A DNA stretch of 63,406 nucleotides from Burkholderiales bacterium (lineage in GTDB: Bacteria > Pseudomonadota > Gammaproteobacteria > Burkholderiales > Burkholderiaceae_C): the NCBI GenBank assembly GCA_038247175.1, contig JBBRVD010000001.1, positions 1 to 63,406 on the forward strand, in the 5' to 3' direction. The notes beneath the pieces were generated by a model that did not search any database, was not told where the DNA came from, and worked only from the letters and a program-made list of their open reading frames with translations. Position numbers and translations under genes: made by a program. This document shows, in pieces, positions 1 through 9,656 of this stretch. Within the stretch, counting starts at the first letter, position 1, and each line of letters starts with the position of its first letter.

Positions 1-7
1 AGTACGA

Positions 8-943
8 ATGAACTACAAGCACCTTCACTATTTCATGCAGGTCGCCAAGACTGGCAGCGTGCTCGCTGCCAGCGAACGGCTGCATGTGACGCCGCAGACG
101 ATCAGCGGGCAGATTCAGCTGCTTGAGGAGCAGCTGGGCAGTGCGCTGTTCAGTAAAAGTGGCCGCGGCCTGGTACTGACGGAGGCCGGCCGTCTGGCGC
201 TGGGTTATGCCGAGGACATCTTTTCCCTGGGCGCCGAGCTCGAGCAGTCGGTTCGGGAACATCCCAACAGCCGTCCCGCCCTGGAGTTCCGCATCGGCGT
301 GGCGGACGCCTTGCCCAAGCCCATTGCGTACCGGCTGGTCGAGCCGGCAACACGGATCGAGGAACCCGTGCGGCTGGTGTGCCGGGAGTGGAAACTCGAC
401 AACCTGCTGGCCGAACTGGCCCTGCACCGCCTCGACCTGGTGCTATCGGACGCGCCGATTCCGCCATCGATCAGCGTCAAGGCCTTCAGCCATCAGCTTG
501 GTGCATCCGGTCAAACGTTTTTTGCCGCGCCGGCGCTGGCCGAACGGTACCAGGCCGGATTTCCGGATTGCATGGAGGGAGCGCCGATGCTCATGCCGGC
601 GCAGGATTCGGCCACCGGGCAAAAGTTGCAGTCCTGGTTCCAGGCCCGGTCTCTGCATCCGCATATCGTCGGCGAATTCGACGACAGCGCGCTGGCCAAG
701 GAGTTCGGTCGCCGGGGGGCCGGACTGTTCGTGGCGCCGACTGTGCTCGCCGACGATATTGCGCGCCAGTTCGGCGTCACCGCCATCGGTCAGGCCGATG
801 GCATCACGGTGGAGTATTTCGCTATTTCGGTCGAACGCCGGATCACGCATCCGTGCGTGGTGGCGATCACTCGTTCGGCGCGTCTGGCGCTGTTTGCTTC
901 TGCGCCGGGCGGTGCGCGACGGCGGCGCAAATCGGCAGGCTGA
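8..943 (+). CDS. nhaR: LysR-family transcriptional activator NhaR
   Basis: MNYKHLHYF..LHVTPQTISGQI HTH; GEFDDSALAKEFG and ERRITHPCV motifs typical of NhaR. Confidence 0.88.
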   Translation: MNYKHLHYFMQVAKTGSVLAASERLHVTPQTISGQIQLLEEQLGSALFSKSGRGLVLTEAGRLALGYAEDIFSLGAELEQSVREHPNSRPALEFRIGVADALPKPIAYRLVEPATRIEEPVRLVCREWKLDNLLAELALHRLDLVLSDAPIPPSISVKAFSHQLGASGQTFFAAPALAERYQAGFPDCMEGAPMLMPAQDSATGQKLQSWFQARSLHPHIVGEFDDSALAKEFGRRGAGLFVAPTVLADDIARQFGVTAIGQADGITVEYFAISVERRITHPCVVAITRSARLALFASAPGGARRRRKSAG

Positions 944-1033
944 GCGGAGCTCAGCCCAGACAGGGTAGAAGCACAGGCCAGCTTCGCTCAGGCGCTGCTG
1001 GCACGCAGGGTTTTGTGGCTATGCTATTGCCTC

Positions 1034-1672
1034 ATGAAGCTTTACAACTACTTTCGTTCCTCTGCGTCGTTCCGTGTGCGTATTGCACTGGCACTCAAGC
1101 AACTGCCCTACGAATATGTGTCGGTGCATCTGGCTCGGGGTGACCACAAGTTGCCGGCCTACGCTGCCGTTGCGGCTGACAGGCTGGTGCCGGTGCTCGA
1201 AGTCGGCGACCTGCGCCTTTCGCAATCGATGGCAATCATCGAATTCCTGGACGAGACCCATCCGCAGGTGCGGCTGGTTCCGGTCGATTCCGTGCAGCGG
1301 GCCCAGGTGCGGGCCTTGGCGCAAAGCATTGCCTGCGAAATCCATCCGCTGAACAACCTGCGGGTGCTCAAATACCTGGTGCGCGACCTCAAGGCGGACG
1401 AGGCGGCTAAAACCGCCTGGTACCGCCATTGGGTTCGCGAGGGCCTGGTGGCGTTCGAGCGCCAGCTCGCGCAGTTGCCCCAGGGCCGCTATTGTTTCGG
1501 CGACACACCCACGCTGGCTGATTGTTGCCTGGTGCCCCAGATCTTCAACGGCCAACGCTTCGATTGCGATTTCTCCGGCTTGCCCCGTACCATGGCCGCT
1601 TTCGCGGCCTGTATGGCGCTGGAGGGGTTCCAGGCAGCCCAGCCGTCCGCCTGCCCGGATTTCGAGTCATGA
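1034..1672 (+). CDS. maiA: maleylacetoacetate isomerase (GST zeta)
   Basis: MKLYNYFRSSASFRVRIAL, CEIHPLNNLRVL; start set at ATG 1034. Confidence 0.92.
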   Translation: MKLYNYFRSSASFRVRIALALKQLPYEYVSVHLARGDHKLPAYAAVAADRLVPVLEVGDLRLSQSMAIIEFLDETHPQVRLVPVDSVQRAQVRALAQSIACEIHPLNNLRVLKYLVRDLKADEAAKTAWYRHWVREGLVAFERQLAQLPQGRYCFGDTPTLADCCLVPQIFNGQRFDCDFSGLPRTMAAFAACMALEGFQAAQPSACPDFES

Positions 1673-1745
1673 CGTTGCTGCCGGGCTGCGGCGACGCGAC
1701 ATTGCCAGCGCCAGCTGGTCCATCGGTCGCTGAACACGGCATGTC

Positions 1746-2558
1746 ATGAGCCGGTCCACCTGGCATCCGCAATGGCTGGTGCCGCAATGGCCAGTACCGG
1801 CTTCGGTCCATGCGGTGTTCACGACCCGCCACGGGGGTGTATCACGCCCGCCATTCGACAGCCTGAACCTCGGCCGGCCATCCGATGACGATGCGCAGGC
1901 GGTGCAGATCAATCGCGCCCGTCTGCAAACGACGTTGGGAGTCGAGCCGAACTATCTCAGCCAGGTGCATGGCACCCGATCGGTGTTGCTGGACGGTCCG
2001 GTGCAGGCTGGTGCGATCGAGGCCGATGCCTGTTGCAGCGCCAGTGCCGGCGTCGTCTGCACGATACGGGTGGCCGACTGCCTGCCTGTGTTGCTGGCCC
2101 ACGCAGGCGGCCGTGTCGTGGCCGCGGCACACGCCGGATGGCGCGGCCTGGCCGACGGCGTGCTGGAGGCCAATGTCCGGCAATACCAGACGCTGGTGCC
2201 GGGCGGGTCCGGCGCCGATGCGGCGCCGGCAATTGCCGCGGCCACCTGCGCTTGGCTGGGGCCGTGTATCGGACCGAATGCGTTCGAGGTCGGGCCGGAG
2301 GTCCGCGCAGCGTTCATGGTTTTCGATCCGGCTGCACAGGCCCTGTTCAGGCCGGGCAGGCCCGGTAAGTGGTTTGCCGATCTGGCAGGTCTGGCCCGCT
2401 TGCGCTTGCGCGCGCTCGGCATCACCCGCCTGTACGGCAACGATTCGACCCGGCCCTGGTGTACTGTCAACAATCCGTCACGGTTCTTTTCGCACCGGCG
2501 CGACAGTCTCGCCTTGGGCGGCAGCGGGCGCCTGGCCGCTTGTATCTGGTTCGATTGA
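1746..2558 (+). CDS. pgeF: peptidoglycan editing factor PgeF / YfiH purine nucleoside phosphorylase
   Basis: FTTRHGGVS, QVHG, ADCLPVL, HAGWRG, FFSHRRD motifs. Confidence 0.92.
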   Translation: MSRSTWHPQWLVPQWPVPASVHAVFTTRHGGVSRPPFDSLNLGRPSDDDAQAVQINRARLQTTLGVEPNYLSQVHGTRSVLLDGPVQAGAIEADACCSASAGVVCTIRVADCLPVLLAHAGGRVVAAAHAGWRGLADGVLEANVRQYQTLVPGGSGADAAPAIAAATCAWLGPCIGPNAFEVGPEVRAAFMVFDPAAQALFRPGRPGKWFADLAGLARLRLRALGITRLYGNDSTRPWCTVNNPSRFFSHRRDSLALGGSGRLAACIWFD

Positions 2559-2783
2559 CTCTGGTTCGATTGACTCTGATTCGATTGACACGTCAGTCTC
2601 GCGTGCACGCAAGGCCCTGCGCCGAGCGGGTGTGCCCAGAAGGTACATGACCAGGGAGACCGGGGCTACGCCGTACAGCAGAAACGTGATCACGGCGCCG
2701 AGCACCGTTCCCTGGCTGCTGGTGGCTTCCGCCACCGCCATCATGACGGTGACATATATCCAGCCAATAAGAACAAGGTACAT
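2478..2783 (-). CDS. small two-TM membrane protein of unknown function
   Basis: Two hydrophobic segments (MYLVLIGWIYVTVMMAVAEA; GAVITFLLYGVAPVSLVMYLLGTP); TAGACT -10-like hexamer just upstream. Confidence 0.7.
   Translation of the reverse strand: MYLVLIGWIYVTVMMAVAEATSSQGTVLGAVITFLLYGVAPVSLVMYLLGTPARRRALRARETDVSIESESIEPESIEPDTSGQAPAAAQGETVAPVRKEP
2545..2589. repeat. 15-bp tandem repeat x3 (TCTGGTTCGATTGAC)
   Basis: Units at 2545, 2560 and 2575; third unit has one mismatch. Confidence 0.95.
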
Positions 2784-2811
2784 TGCCCGCGAGTCTAGCG
2801 TGCCTGTCAGT

Positions 2812-2839
2812 TTGACGAAGGACGGGTTTGCGATACTCT
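2812..2839 (+). promoter_or_regulatory. putative sigma70 promoter of phaCAB
   Basis: TTGACG-N16-TACTCT upstream of phaC. Confidence 0.4.
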
Positions 2840-2871
2840 AGTCGTATCGGTCAGGTATTGTGGGAGACAAG

Positions 2872-4596
2872 ATGAAGCAGGACAACTCGGGCATGTGGCG
2901 CCAGTCGGCCGAACAGCTGCAACTGCAGATGGCCAGTGGCTGGTCCGGTGCCATGCAGGCGCTGCAGAACCTGATGCCGCCGGTTCAGGCCGGACTGCCG
3001 CGGGTTCCCGATGGGGTGGCGCCCCCACTCCAGTTTTCTGCGGCCAAGCTGCAGCAGCTGCAGCAGCAATACCTGCAGGAAACCAGCCAGCTGTGGAGCG
3101 AGGCTCTCGAGGGCAAGCCGCAAATGCGCGACAAGCGATTTGCCGACGCGGCCTGGAGCGGCAATCCGATGGCCGCCTTCACCGCGGCCAACTACCTGCT
3201 CCATTCGCGCGCACTGGTCGGACTGGTCGATGCGCTCGAGTCGGACGAAAAGACACGGGCCCGGGTGCGGTTTGCCGTCGAGCAATGGCTGGCCGCCGCC
3301 GCGCCGAGCAATTTTCTGGCGCTCAACGCCGAGGCCCAGAAAAAGGCGCTTGACAGCCAGGGCGAAAGCATCGCCAAGGGCATGCAGAATTTGTTGCACG
3401 ATATCCGGCAAGGCCATGTGTCGATGACCGACGAGAGCCTGTTCGAGGTCGGCAAGAACGTGGCTACGACCGCAGGGGCCGTCGTGTTCGAGAACGAGCT
3501 TTTTCAGCTGCTCGAGTACAAGCCGCTGACGGCAAAGGTGTTCGAGAAGCCTTTGTTGCTGGTCCCGCCGTGCATCAACAAGTACTACATCCTGGACCTG
3601 CAGCCCGAGAACTCGCTGGTACGTTATGCGGTTGCCCAGGGCCATCGCACCTTCGTCGTGAGCTGGCGCAATCCCGACGCATCGCTGGCCAGGAAGACCT
3701 GGGACGACTACATCGAGGATGCGGCGATCCGGGCCATCGCCGTGGTGCGCGAGATCAGCCGCTCCAAGACCATCAATGCGCTCGGTTTTTGCGTCGGTGG
3801 AACCATCCTGTGCAATGCGTTGGCGGTGTTGGCCCAGCGTGGCGAAAAGCCGGTGGCCAGCGCTACCCTGCTGACCACGTTGCTCGACTTTACCGACACC
3901 GGCATTCTCGATGTCTTCATCGACGAGGCTTTTGTGAAGTACCGCGAGATGGAGATGGGGCAGGGCGGCCTGATGAAGGGTCAGGACCTGGCCTCGACCT
4001 TCTCGTTTCTGCGCCCGGTTGACCTGGTATGGAATTATGTGGTGGGCAACTACCTCAAGGGCGAGACGCCGCCGCCGTTCGACCTGCTGTACTGGAACAG
4101 CGACTCGACCAATCTGCCGGGTCCCTTGTACGCCTGGTACCTGCGCAACACCTACCTCGAAAATCGGCTGGTCAAGCCGGGCAAGACAGTGGTGTGTGGC
4201 GAGAAGATCGACCTGCGCAAGGTCGACCTGCCGGTCTACATCTATGGGTCGCGCGAGGACCATATCGTGCCGATCGGCGGCGCCTATGCGTCGACCCAGC
4301 ACCTGCCAGGCAAGAAGCGTTTCGTCATGGGCGCCTCGGGCCATATCGCCGGCGTCATCAACGCACCGGCCAAGAACAAGCGCAGCCACTGGATCGGCCC
4401 GGCCAACCAGTTCCCGGCCACCGTCGAGAACTGGATCGCCGGCGCGAAGGAGCATCCGGGCAGCTGGTGGCCGGATTGGGCCGCCTGGCTCAAATCCCAG
4501 GCCGGCAAGCAGGTCGCCGCCCCGAAGTCCTATGGCCGTGGCACATTCAAGGCCATCGAGCCTGCACCGGGCCGTTATGTCAAGGCCAAGGCCTGA
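2872..4596 (+). CDS. phaC: class I poly(R)-hydroxyalkanoate synthase
   Basis: PPCINKYYILDL, lipase box GFCVGG, DHIVP, SGHIAG, GSWW. Confidence 0.97.
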   Translation: MKQDNSGMWRQSAEQLQLQMASGWSGAMQALQNLMPPVQAGLPRVPDGVAPPLQFSAAKLQQLQQQYLQETSQLWSEALEGKPQMRDKRFADAAWSGNPMAAFTAANYLLHSRALVGLVDALESDEKTRARVRFAVEQWLAAAAPSNFLALNAEAQKKALDSQGESIAKGMQNLLHDIRQGHVSMTDESLFEVGKNVATTAGAVVFENELFQLLEYKPLTAKVFEKPLLLVPPCINKYYILDLQPENSLVRYAVAQGHRTFVVSWRNPDASLARKTWDDYIEDAAIRAIAVVREISRSKTINALGFCVGGTILCNALAVLAQRGEKPVASATLLTTLLDFTDTGILDVFIDEAFVKYREMEMGQGGLMKGQDLASTFSFLRPVDLVWNYVVGNYLKGETPPPFDLLYWNSDSTNLPGPLYAWYLRNTYLENRLVKPGKTVVCGEKIDLRKVDLPVYIYGSREDHIVPIGGAYASTQHLPGKKRFVMGASGHIAGVINAPAKNKRSHWIGPANQFPATVENWIAGAKEHPGSWWPDWAAWLKSQAGKQVAAPKSYGRGTFKAIEPAPGRYVKAKA

Positions 4597-4627
4597 CAGC
4601 AACCGTCATCATTCAAAGGAGAACAGC

Positions 4628-5806
4628 ATGGAAGAGATCGTCATCGTCGCCGCAACCCGGACCGCCGTGGGCAAGTTTGGCGGAAGCCTGGCGAAGGTGC
4701 CGGCCACCGAGCTCGGCGCCATCGTCGTGGCCGAGGTGCTCAAGCGCAGCGGTCTGGCCGCCGATCAGGTCGGCGAGGTCATCATGGGCCAGGTGCTGGC
4801 CGCTGGCGCGGGCCAGAACCCGGCGCGCCAGGCCCTGATCAAGAGCGGGCTGAACCAGGCAACACCGGCATTGACCATCAACGCGGTCTGCGGCTCGGGC
4901 CTCAAGGCGGTGATGCTGGCCGCACAGGCCGTGGCCTGCGGCGACAGCGAGATCGTCATCGCCGGCGGCCAGGAGAACATGAGCGCCTCGCCACATGTGC
5001 TGCTCGGGTCGCGGGACGGACAACGCATGGGCGACTGGAAGATGATCGACTCGATGATCGTGGACGGCCTGTGGGACGTTTACAACCAGTACCACATGGG
5101 CATCACGGCCGAGAACGTCGCGAAGAAATACGGCATCTCGCGCGAGGCGCAGGACGCGCTGGCTCTGGCCAGCCAGCAGAAGGCGGCCGCGGCTCAGGAG
5201 GCGGGACGCTTCAAGGACGAAATCGTGTCGGTCAGCATTCCTCAGCGCAAGGGCGATCCGATCGTGTTCTCCGCCGACGAATACATCAACAAGAAGACCA
5301 GTGCCGAGGCGCTGGCCGGCTTGCGGCCCGCGTTCGACAAGGCTGGTGGCGTGACGGCGGGCAATGCTTCGGGTCTCAACGATGGCGCAGCCGCGGTGAT
5401 GGTCATGACGGCAAGGAAGGCCGCCTCGCTCGGCCTCAAGCCCCTGGGCCGCATCGCCAGCTTCGCCACCAGCGGCCTGGATCCGGCGTTGATGGGCATG
5501 GGCCCGGTGCCCGCCTCGACGAAGGCGCTCGAACGTGCGGGCTGGAAGGCCAAGGACCTGGACCTGCTGGAGATCAACGAGGCGTTCGCCGCCCAGGCCT
5601 GCGCCGTGCACCAGGAAATGGGCTGGGATACCAGCAAGGTCAATGTCAATGGCGGTGCCATTGCGATCGGTCACCCCATCGGCGCGTCCGGATGCCGCAT
5701 ACTGGTGACGCTGCTGCACGAAATGCACAAGCGCGATGCGAAGAAAGGCATCGCATCGCTTTGTATCGGAGGCGGCATGGGTGTTGCGCTGACCATCGAG
5801 CGTTGA
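4628..5806 (+). CDS. phaA: acetyl-CoA acetyltransferase (beta-ketothiolase)
   Basis: INAVCGSG, NEAFA, GHPIGASG, CIGGGMG; AGGAG RBS. Confidence 0.96.
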   Translation: MEEIVIVAATRTAVGKFGGSLAKVPATELGAIVVAEVLKRSGLAADQVGEVIMGQVLAAGAGQNPARQALIKSGLNQATPALTINAVCGSGLKAVMLAAQAVACGDSEIVIAGGQENMSASPHVLLGSRDGQRMGDWKMIDSMIVDGLWDVYNQYHMGITAENVAKKYGISREAQDALALASQQKAAAAQEAGRFKDEIVSVSIPQRKGDPIVFSADEYINKKTSAEALAGLRPAFDKAGGVTAGNASGLNDGAAAVMVMTARKAASLGLKPLGRIASFATSGLDPALMGMGPVPASTKALERAGWKAKDLDLLEINEAFAAQACAVHQEMGWDTSKVNVNGGAIAIGHPIGASGCRILVTLLHEMHKRDAKKGIASLCIGGGMGVALTIER

Positions 5807-5849
5807 TCGGCACGTACCCGTAGACCCATTTCAACAAGAGGAGATCACC

Positions 5850-6587
5850 ATGAGTCAAAAAGTAGCGTATGTCACCGGGGGCATGGGTGGAATCGGAACT
5901 GCCATCTGCCAGCGCCTGCACAAGGAAGGCTTCAAGGTCATCGCCGGTTGCGGACCGACCCGGGACCACGCCAAGTGGATCGCCGAGCAGGCCACGCAAG
6001 GCTACACCTTCCACGCGTCGGTGGGTAATGTTGGCGACTGGGATTCCACTGTCGCCGCGTTCGCCAAATCCAAGACGGAACATGGTGCCATCGATATCCT
6101 GGTGAACAACGCCGGCATCACCAAGGACCGCATGTTCCTGAAAATGACGCGAGAGGACTGGGATGCGGTGATCGAGACCAACCTGAACTCCATGTTCAAC
6201 GTGACCAAACAGGTCGTCGCCGACATGGTGGAAAAGGGCTGGGGCCGCATCATCAACATCAGTTCGGTCAATGGCGAGAAAGGCCAGGCCGGCCAGACCA
6301 ACTATTCGGCGGCCAAGGCGGGCATGCACGGCTTCACGATGGCACTGGCGCAGGAGATGGCCAGCAAGGGCGTGACCGTCAACACCGTCAGCCCGGGTTA
6401 CATCGGCACCGACATGGTCAAGTCCATCCGCGAGGATGTGCTGGCCAAGATCGTCGCCACGATTCCCGTCAAGCGCCTGGGCGAACCGAGCGAGATTGCG
6501 TCCATCATCGCCTGGCTGGCGTCCGAGGAAGGCGGCTACTCCACCGGTGCCGACTTCTCGGTTAACGGCGGTCTGCACATGGGTTGA
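5850..6587 (+). CDS. phaB: acetoacetyl-CoA reductase
   Basis: TGGMGGIG, NNAGIT, NYSAAKAG, NGGLHM; GAGGAG RBS. Confidence 0.97.
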   Translation: MSQKVAYVTGGMGGIGTAICQRLHKEGFKVIAGCGPTRDHAKWIAEQATQGYTFHASVGNVGDWDSTVAAFAKSKTEHGAIDILVNNAGITKDRMFLKMTREDWDAVIETNLNSMFNVTKQVVADMVEKGWGRIINISSVNGEKGQAGQTNYSAAKAGMHGFTMALAQEMASKGVTVNTVSPGYIGTDMVKSIREDVLAKIVATIPVKRLGEPSEIASIIAWLASEEGGYSTGADFSVNGGLHMG

Positions 6588-6645
6588 TGCAGGACCTGCG
6601 TGGCTGGCGCGATGGCGCGCTGCTGCGACGGACAATTCAGCCCGC

Positions 6646-7515
6646 ATGAGTGCGCCCAATCCGTTCACGGAATTCGTTGCCGGATTCGAGCAGTGCCTCG
6701 ATCGGGGCAGAACACTCACCGCCGCGCAGGCCGAACCGGCGCTGCTGCCACCGGTGCCGGACAATGCGCCGGTGTGCCTGTTGTTTTCGCCCCATCCCGA
6801 CGATGAGGCGATTGCCGGTGGGCTGCCGCTGCGCCTGCGCCGTGAGGGACCGTGGCGGGTCGTCAATGTCGCGGTGACGTTGGGCAGCAACCAGGCGCGG
6901 CGAGCCGAGCGCTGGGCCGAATTGCGCCATTGCTGCGACCTTCTGGGTTTCGATCTGGTCAGCGCATCCGGCGAGCCGGCGTGCGGGCTTGAGCGCATCG
7001 ATCCGGCGTCAGCGCTGGAGGAGCCGGCGCATTGGGCCGGTTGTGTCGAGCGGGTTGCCGCGCTGCTGCGGCATTACCGGCCGCAGGTTGTCATGTGTCC
7101 CCATGCGCTGGACGGTCACCCCGCGCATATCGGCACGCATGTACTGGTGATCGATGCGCTGGCTGTTGCTGGGCTCCAGCGCCCTTTGCACGTTTTGTGC
7201 AGCGAGTACTGGAGCACCCAGCCGCAGCCGGCTCTGATGGTCGAACTGGGTTGCCGTGAGGTCGCGGACCTGGTGGGCGCGTTGAGTCAGCATGTCGGCG
7301 AGGTGGCGCGCAATCCGTACCATCTCAGCCTGCCGGCATGGTTCATCGACGGAGTGCGGCGCGGTGCCGAACGGGTCCGTGCGGCCGCAAGCCCGGCGCC
7401 GGATTACCGTTTTGCTGCGTTGTACGGCTGGCAGCGCTGGGAACTGGGCGCGCTCTCGCCGATGGTGCCTCGTGCCTTGCCGCTCACAACGCCGGCCGGT
7501 CTGCTTTTTGCCTGA
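6646..7515 (+). CDS. PIG-L/LmbE family deacetylase
   Basis: PHPDDE motif and second motif DGHPAH. Confidence 0.82.
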   Translation: MSAPNPFTEFVAGFEQCLDRGRTLTAAQAEPALLPPVPDNAPVCLLFSPHPDDEAIAGGLPLRLRREGPWRVVNVAVTLGSNQARRAERWAELRHCCDLLGFDLVSASGEPACGLERIDPASALEEPAHWAGCVERVAALLRHYRPQVVMCPHALDGHPAHIGTHVLVIDALAVAGLQRPLHVLCSEYWSTQPQPALMVELGCREVADLVGALSQHVGEVARNPYHLSLPAWFIDGVRRGAERVRAAASPAPDYRFAALYGWQRWELGALSPMVPRALPLTTPAGLLFA

Positions 7516-8113
7516 GTGCGGCTGCGTGTACCAGCACCAGTCGGTCGTTGCCGAAATACATGTCGTCACCGAGAAACATCGTGGGTGATCCGAAACCGCC
7601 GCGGCGTACGAGCTCCTCGGTGTTGGCCTTGAGCCGGTCCTTGATCGGTTGCGTCGCGATGGCCTGCAGCACGGTATCCATATCGATACCGCAGCGTTGG
7701 CAGACGGCCGCGATCACCGGGTCCTGCGAAATATCCTGGTCGCCGCCCCAGTAGGCCTCGAACGCGGCCCGGGCAAACTCCTGCATGCGCTGCGGTTGTG
7801 CCTGTTCCAGCAACCACACACAGGCGCGCATGACCTTGACGCTGTTGACCGGGAACACGGTCGGCGGCATCTTGATGGTCAGGCCAGCCATCAAGGCCCA
7901 GTCCTGGGTGTCCTTGCGCAGGTAGTTCAACTTGGCAGGCACCGGGTTGTCGCGCTGCGCATAGACGCTGGGGTTCACGCTGTTGAACACGCCGCCGACC
8001 AGGATGGGGCGCCATTGCAACGGTACTCCGATCTCCCGTGCCATCGGCTGGATGTTGTGGAAAGCCAGATAACTCCACGGGCTGGAGCAGTCGAAGAAAA
8101 ATTCGATCATCAT
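7484..8113 (-). CDS. 2-hydroxychromene-2-carboxylate isomerase / GST-kappa (DsbA-like) protein
   Basis: FFFDCSSPWSYL, WRPILVGGVF, GGFGSPTMF, YFGNDRL. Confidence 0.88.
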   Translation of the reverse strand: MMIEFFFDCSSPWSYLAFHNIQPMAREIGVPLQWRPILVGGVFNSVNPSVYAQRDNPVPAKLNYLRKDTQDWALMAGLTIKMPPTVFPVNSVKVMRACVWLLEQAQPQRMQEFARAAFEAYWGGDQDISQDPVIAAVCQRCGIDMDTVLQAIATQPIKDRLKANTEELVRRGGFGSPTMFLGDDMYFGNDRLVLVHAAALRQKADRPAL

Positions 8114-8144
8114 GGTGAATCCTTGATGCAATGGCGCACCGTGT

Positions 8145-8166
8145 CATGGTGACATGGTGACATGGT
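8145..8166. repeat. 8-bp tandem repeat (CATGGTGA, about 2.75 copies)
   Basis: catggtga catggtga catggt; a further copy at 8111-8118. Confidence 0.8.
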
Positions 8167-8339
8167 TCGACTGTTCCGATGTTGACAGGCGGCATGCGCA
8201 AGGGACAGCGCGCATTCTTCCTGAAAGAATCAGACGCAGGTGTTTTACATTACATGCGTCGTGCCAGTAGTAAGCTCTTGCCCATGAACGCCATGTCCAC
8301 GCTGCAGCAAGCCCCGCGCCAGGGCGGTCGATCATTCCG

Positions 8340-9656
8340 ATGATCGATTCCGGCTACGCCTATGCACGGCTGGAGGAATTGCGCATCGGGCTGTACGTCG
8401 ATCTCGAACTGGGCTGGATGTCGCATCCGTTCCCCAAAGGCAACTTCAAGATCACATCGACCCGGCAGATCGACACCTTGCGTGCTCTGGGGGTCGAGCG
8501 GGTGCGATACGTTCCCGCTCGAAGCGACCCTGCACCGTTGCCAGTATCCGAATCGCCGCCCGCTCCCGCAGCGAGCCTGTCCGACGAACGTCCCGGCCCG
8601 AGCGGGCCGTCCGCACCCGATGACATGCCGGACAGTCTCCGTATGCTGCGCCAGCAGCAAGCGGTGCAGATCGCCGCACAACGTGCCAGCCTGGACTCGT
8701 GCGACCAGCAGTTCGATGCGGCGATTCGCCAATACCGGCGGGTCCTCGAGCAGATACCGGATGACCCGGATGCCGCAGCCGGGCAGTGCCGTGAACTGGT
8801 GTCCACGCTGGTGGGTGACCTGTTGGGCCAGAGTGAGTCGTCGATACGCCTGTTGTCGGAGTCGACCGGAGACCGGGCCTGGATGCATCCGGTCAATGTA
8901 ACGGTCCTTTCCTTGCTGCTGGGCAAGGCGCTGGGCATGCAGGCCGAACCTTTGTGCGAACTGGGCCTGGCCGCGCTGCTCCATGATGTCGGCAAGACCC
9001 AGCTGCCCGACCGGGTGCGGTTGTCCGACGCCAGTTTTGCGCCGGCGCAGTACCGGCAATACCAAAGCCATGTCGCACTGGGCGTTGCAATGGCGCAGCA
9101 GCTCGGGTTTTCCGCCGATGTGCAAGCCACCATTGCGCAGCACCATGAAATGCTCGATGGCAGCGGTTTCCCGCACCAGTTGCGCGGGAGCGCAATCAGC
9201 CAGGCTGGCAAGGTGCTGGCGCTGGTAAACCGGTACGAAAACATGTGCAATCCAGCACGGGTATCGGCTGCGGCCACGCCGCATGAGGCCTTGTCGCTGA
9301 TCTTCTCGCAGATGAAGGATCGACACGATGTCGCCGTGCTCGGTAAGTTCATCCGGATGATGGGTATCTACCCGCCCGGGTCGGTGGTGCAGCTATCGGA
9401 TAGCCGGTATGCGCTGGTGGTGTCGGTCAACTCGGCGCGGCCCCACAAGCCGCGCGTCATGGTGCATGATCGCGGCATCGACAAGGAGCAAGCCCTGATA
9501 CTCGATCTGGAACACGCACCTGAAGCCGGTATCCGGCGAAGCCTGCGGCCCGACCTGCTGCCACGCGAGGCCATGGACTACCTCGCTCCGCGGCTGCGGA
9601 TCTGCTACTTTTTCGAGCGGACCGTGGACCCCGTGCGCGCCGAGATCGTACCGTGA
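8340..9656 (+). CDS. HD-GYP domain phosphodiesterase with DUF3391-like N-terminus
   Basis: LRIGLYV..GWMSHPF N-terminus; LHDVGK; HHEMLDGSGFP; GIYPPGSVV. Confidence 0.88.
   Translation: MIDSGYAYARLEELRIGLYVDLELGWMSHPFPKGNFKITSTRQIDTLRALGVERVRYVPARSDPAPLPVSESPPAPAASLSDERPGPSGPSAPDDMPDSLRMLRQQQAVQIAAQRASLDSCDQQFDAAIRQYRRVLEQIPDDPDAAAGQCRELVSTLVGDLLGQSESSIRLLSESTGDRAWMHPVNVTVLSLLLGKALGMQAEPLCELGLAALLHDVGKTQLPDRVRLSDASFAPAQYRQYQSHVALGVAMAQQLGFSADVQATIAQHHEMLDGSGFPHQLRGSAISQAGKVLALVNRYENMCNPARVSAAATPHEALSLIFSQMKDRHDVAVLGKFIRMMGIYPPGSVVQLSDSRYALVVSVNSARPHKPRVMVHDRGIDKEQALILDLEHAPEAGIRRSLRPDLLPREAMDYLAPRLRICYFFERTVDPVRAEIVP

Noticed and set aside
2545-2589. Repeat considered as a CRISPR array
   Set aside because: 15-bp units without spacers and no cas genes
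4019-4627. N-terminal extension of phaA in the ORF track; similar extensions for ispD (50889), nth (23606), ATP-grasp (32790), SIMPL (55464)
   Set aside because: They overlap neighbouring genes; motifs and RBS point to the downstream starts
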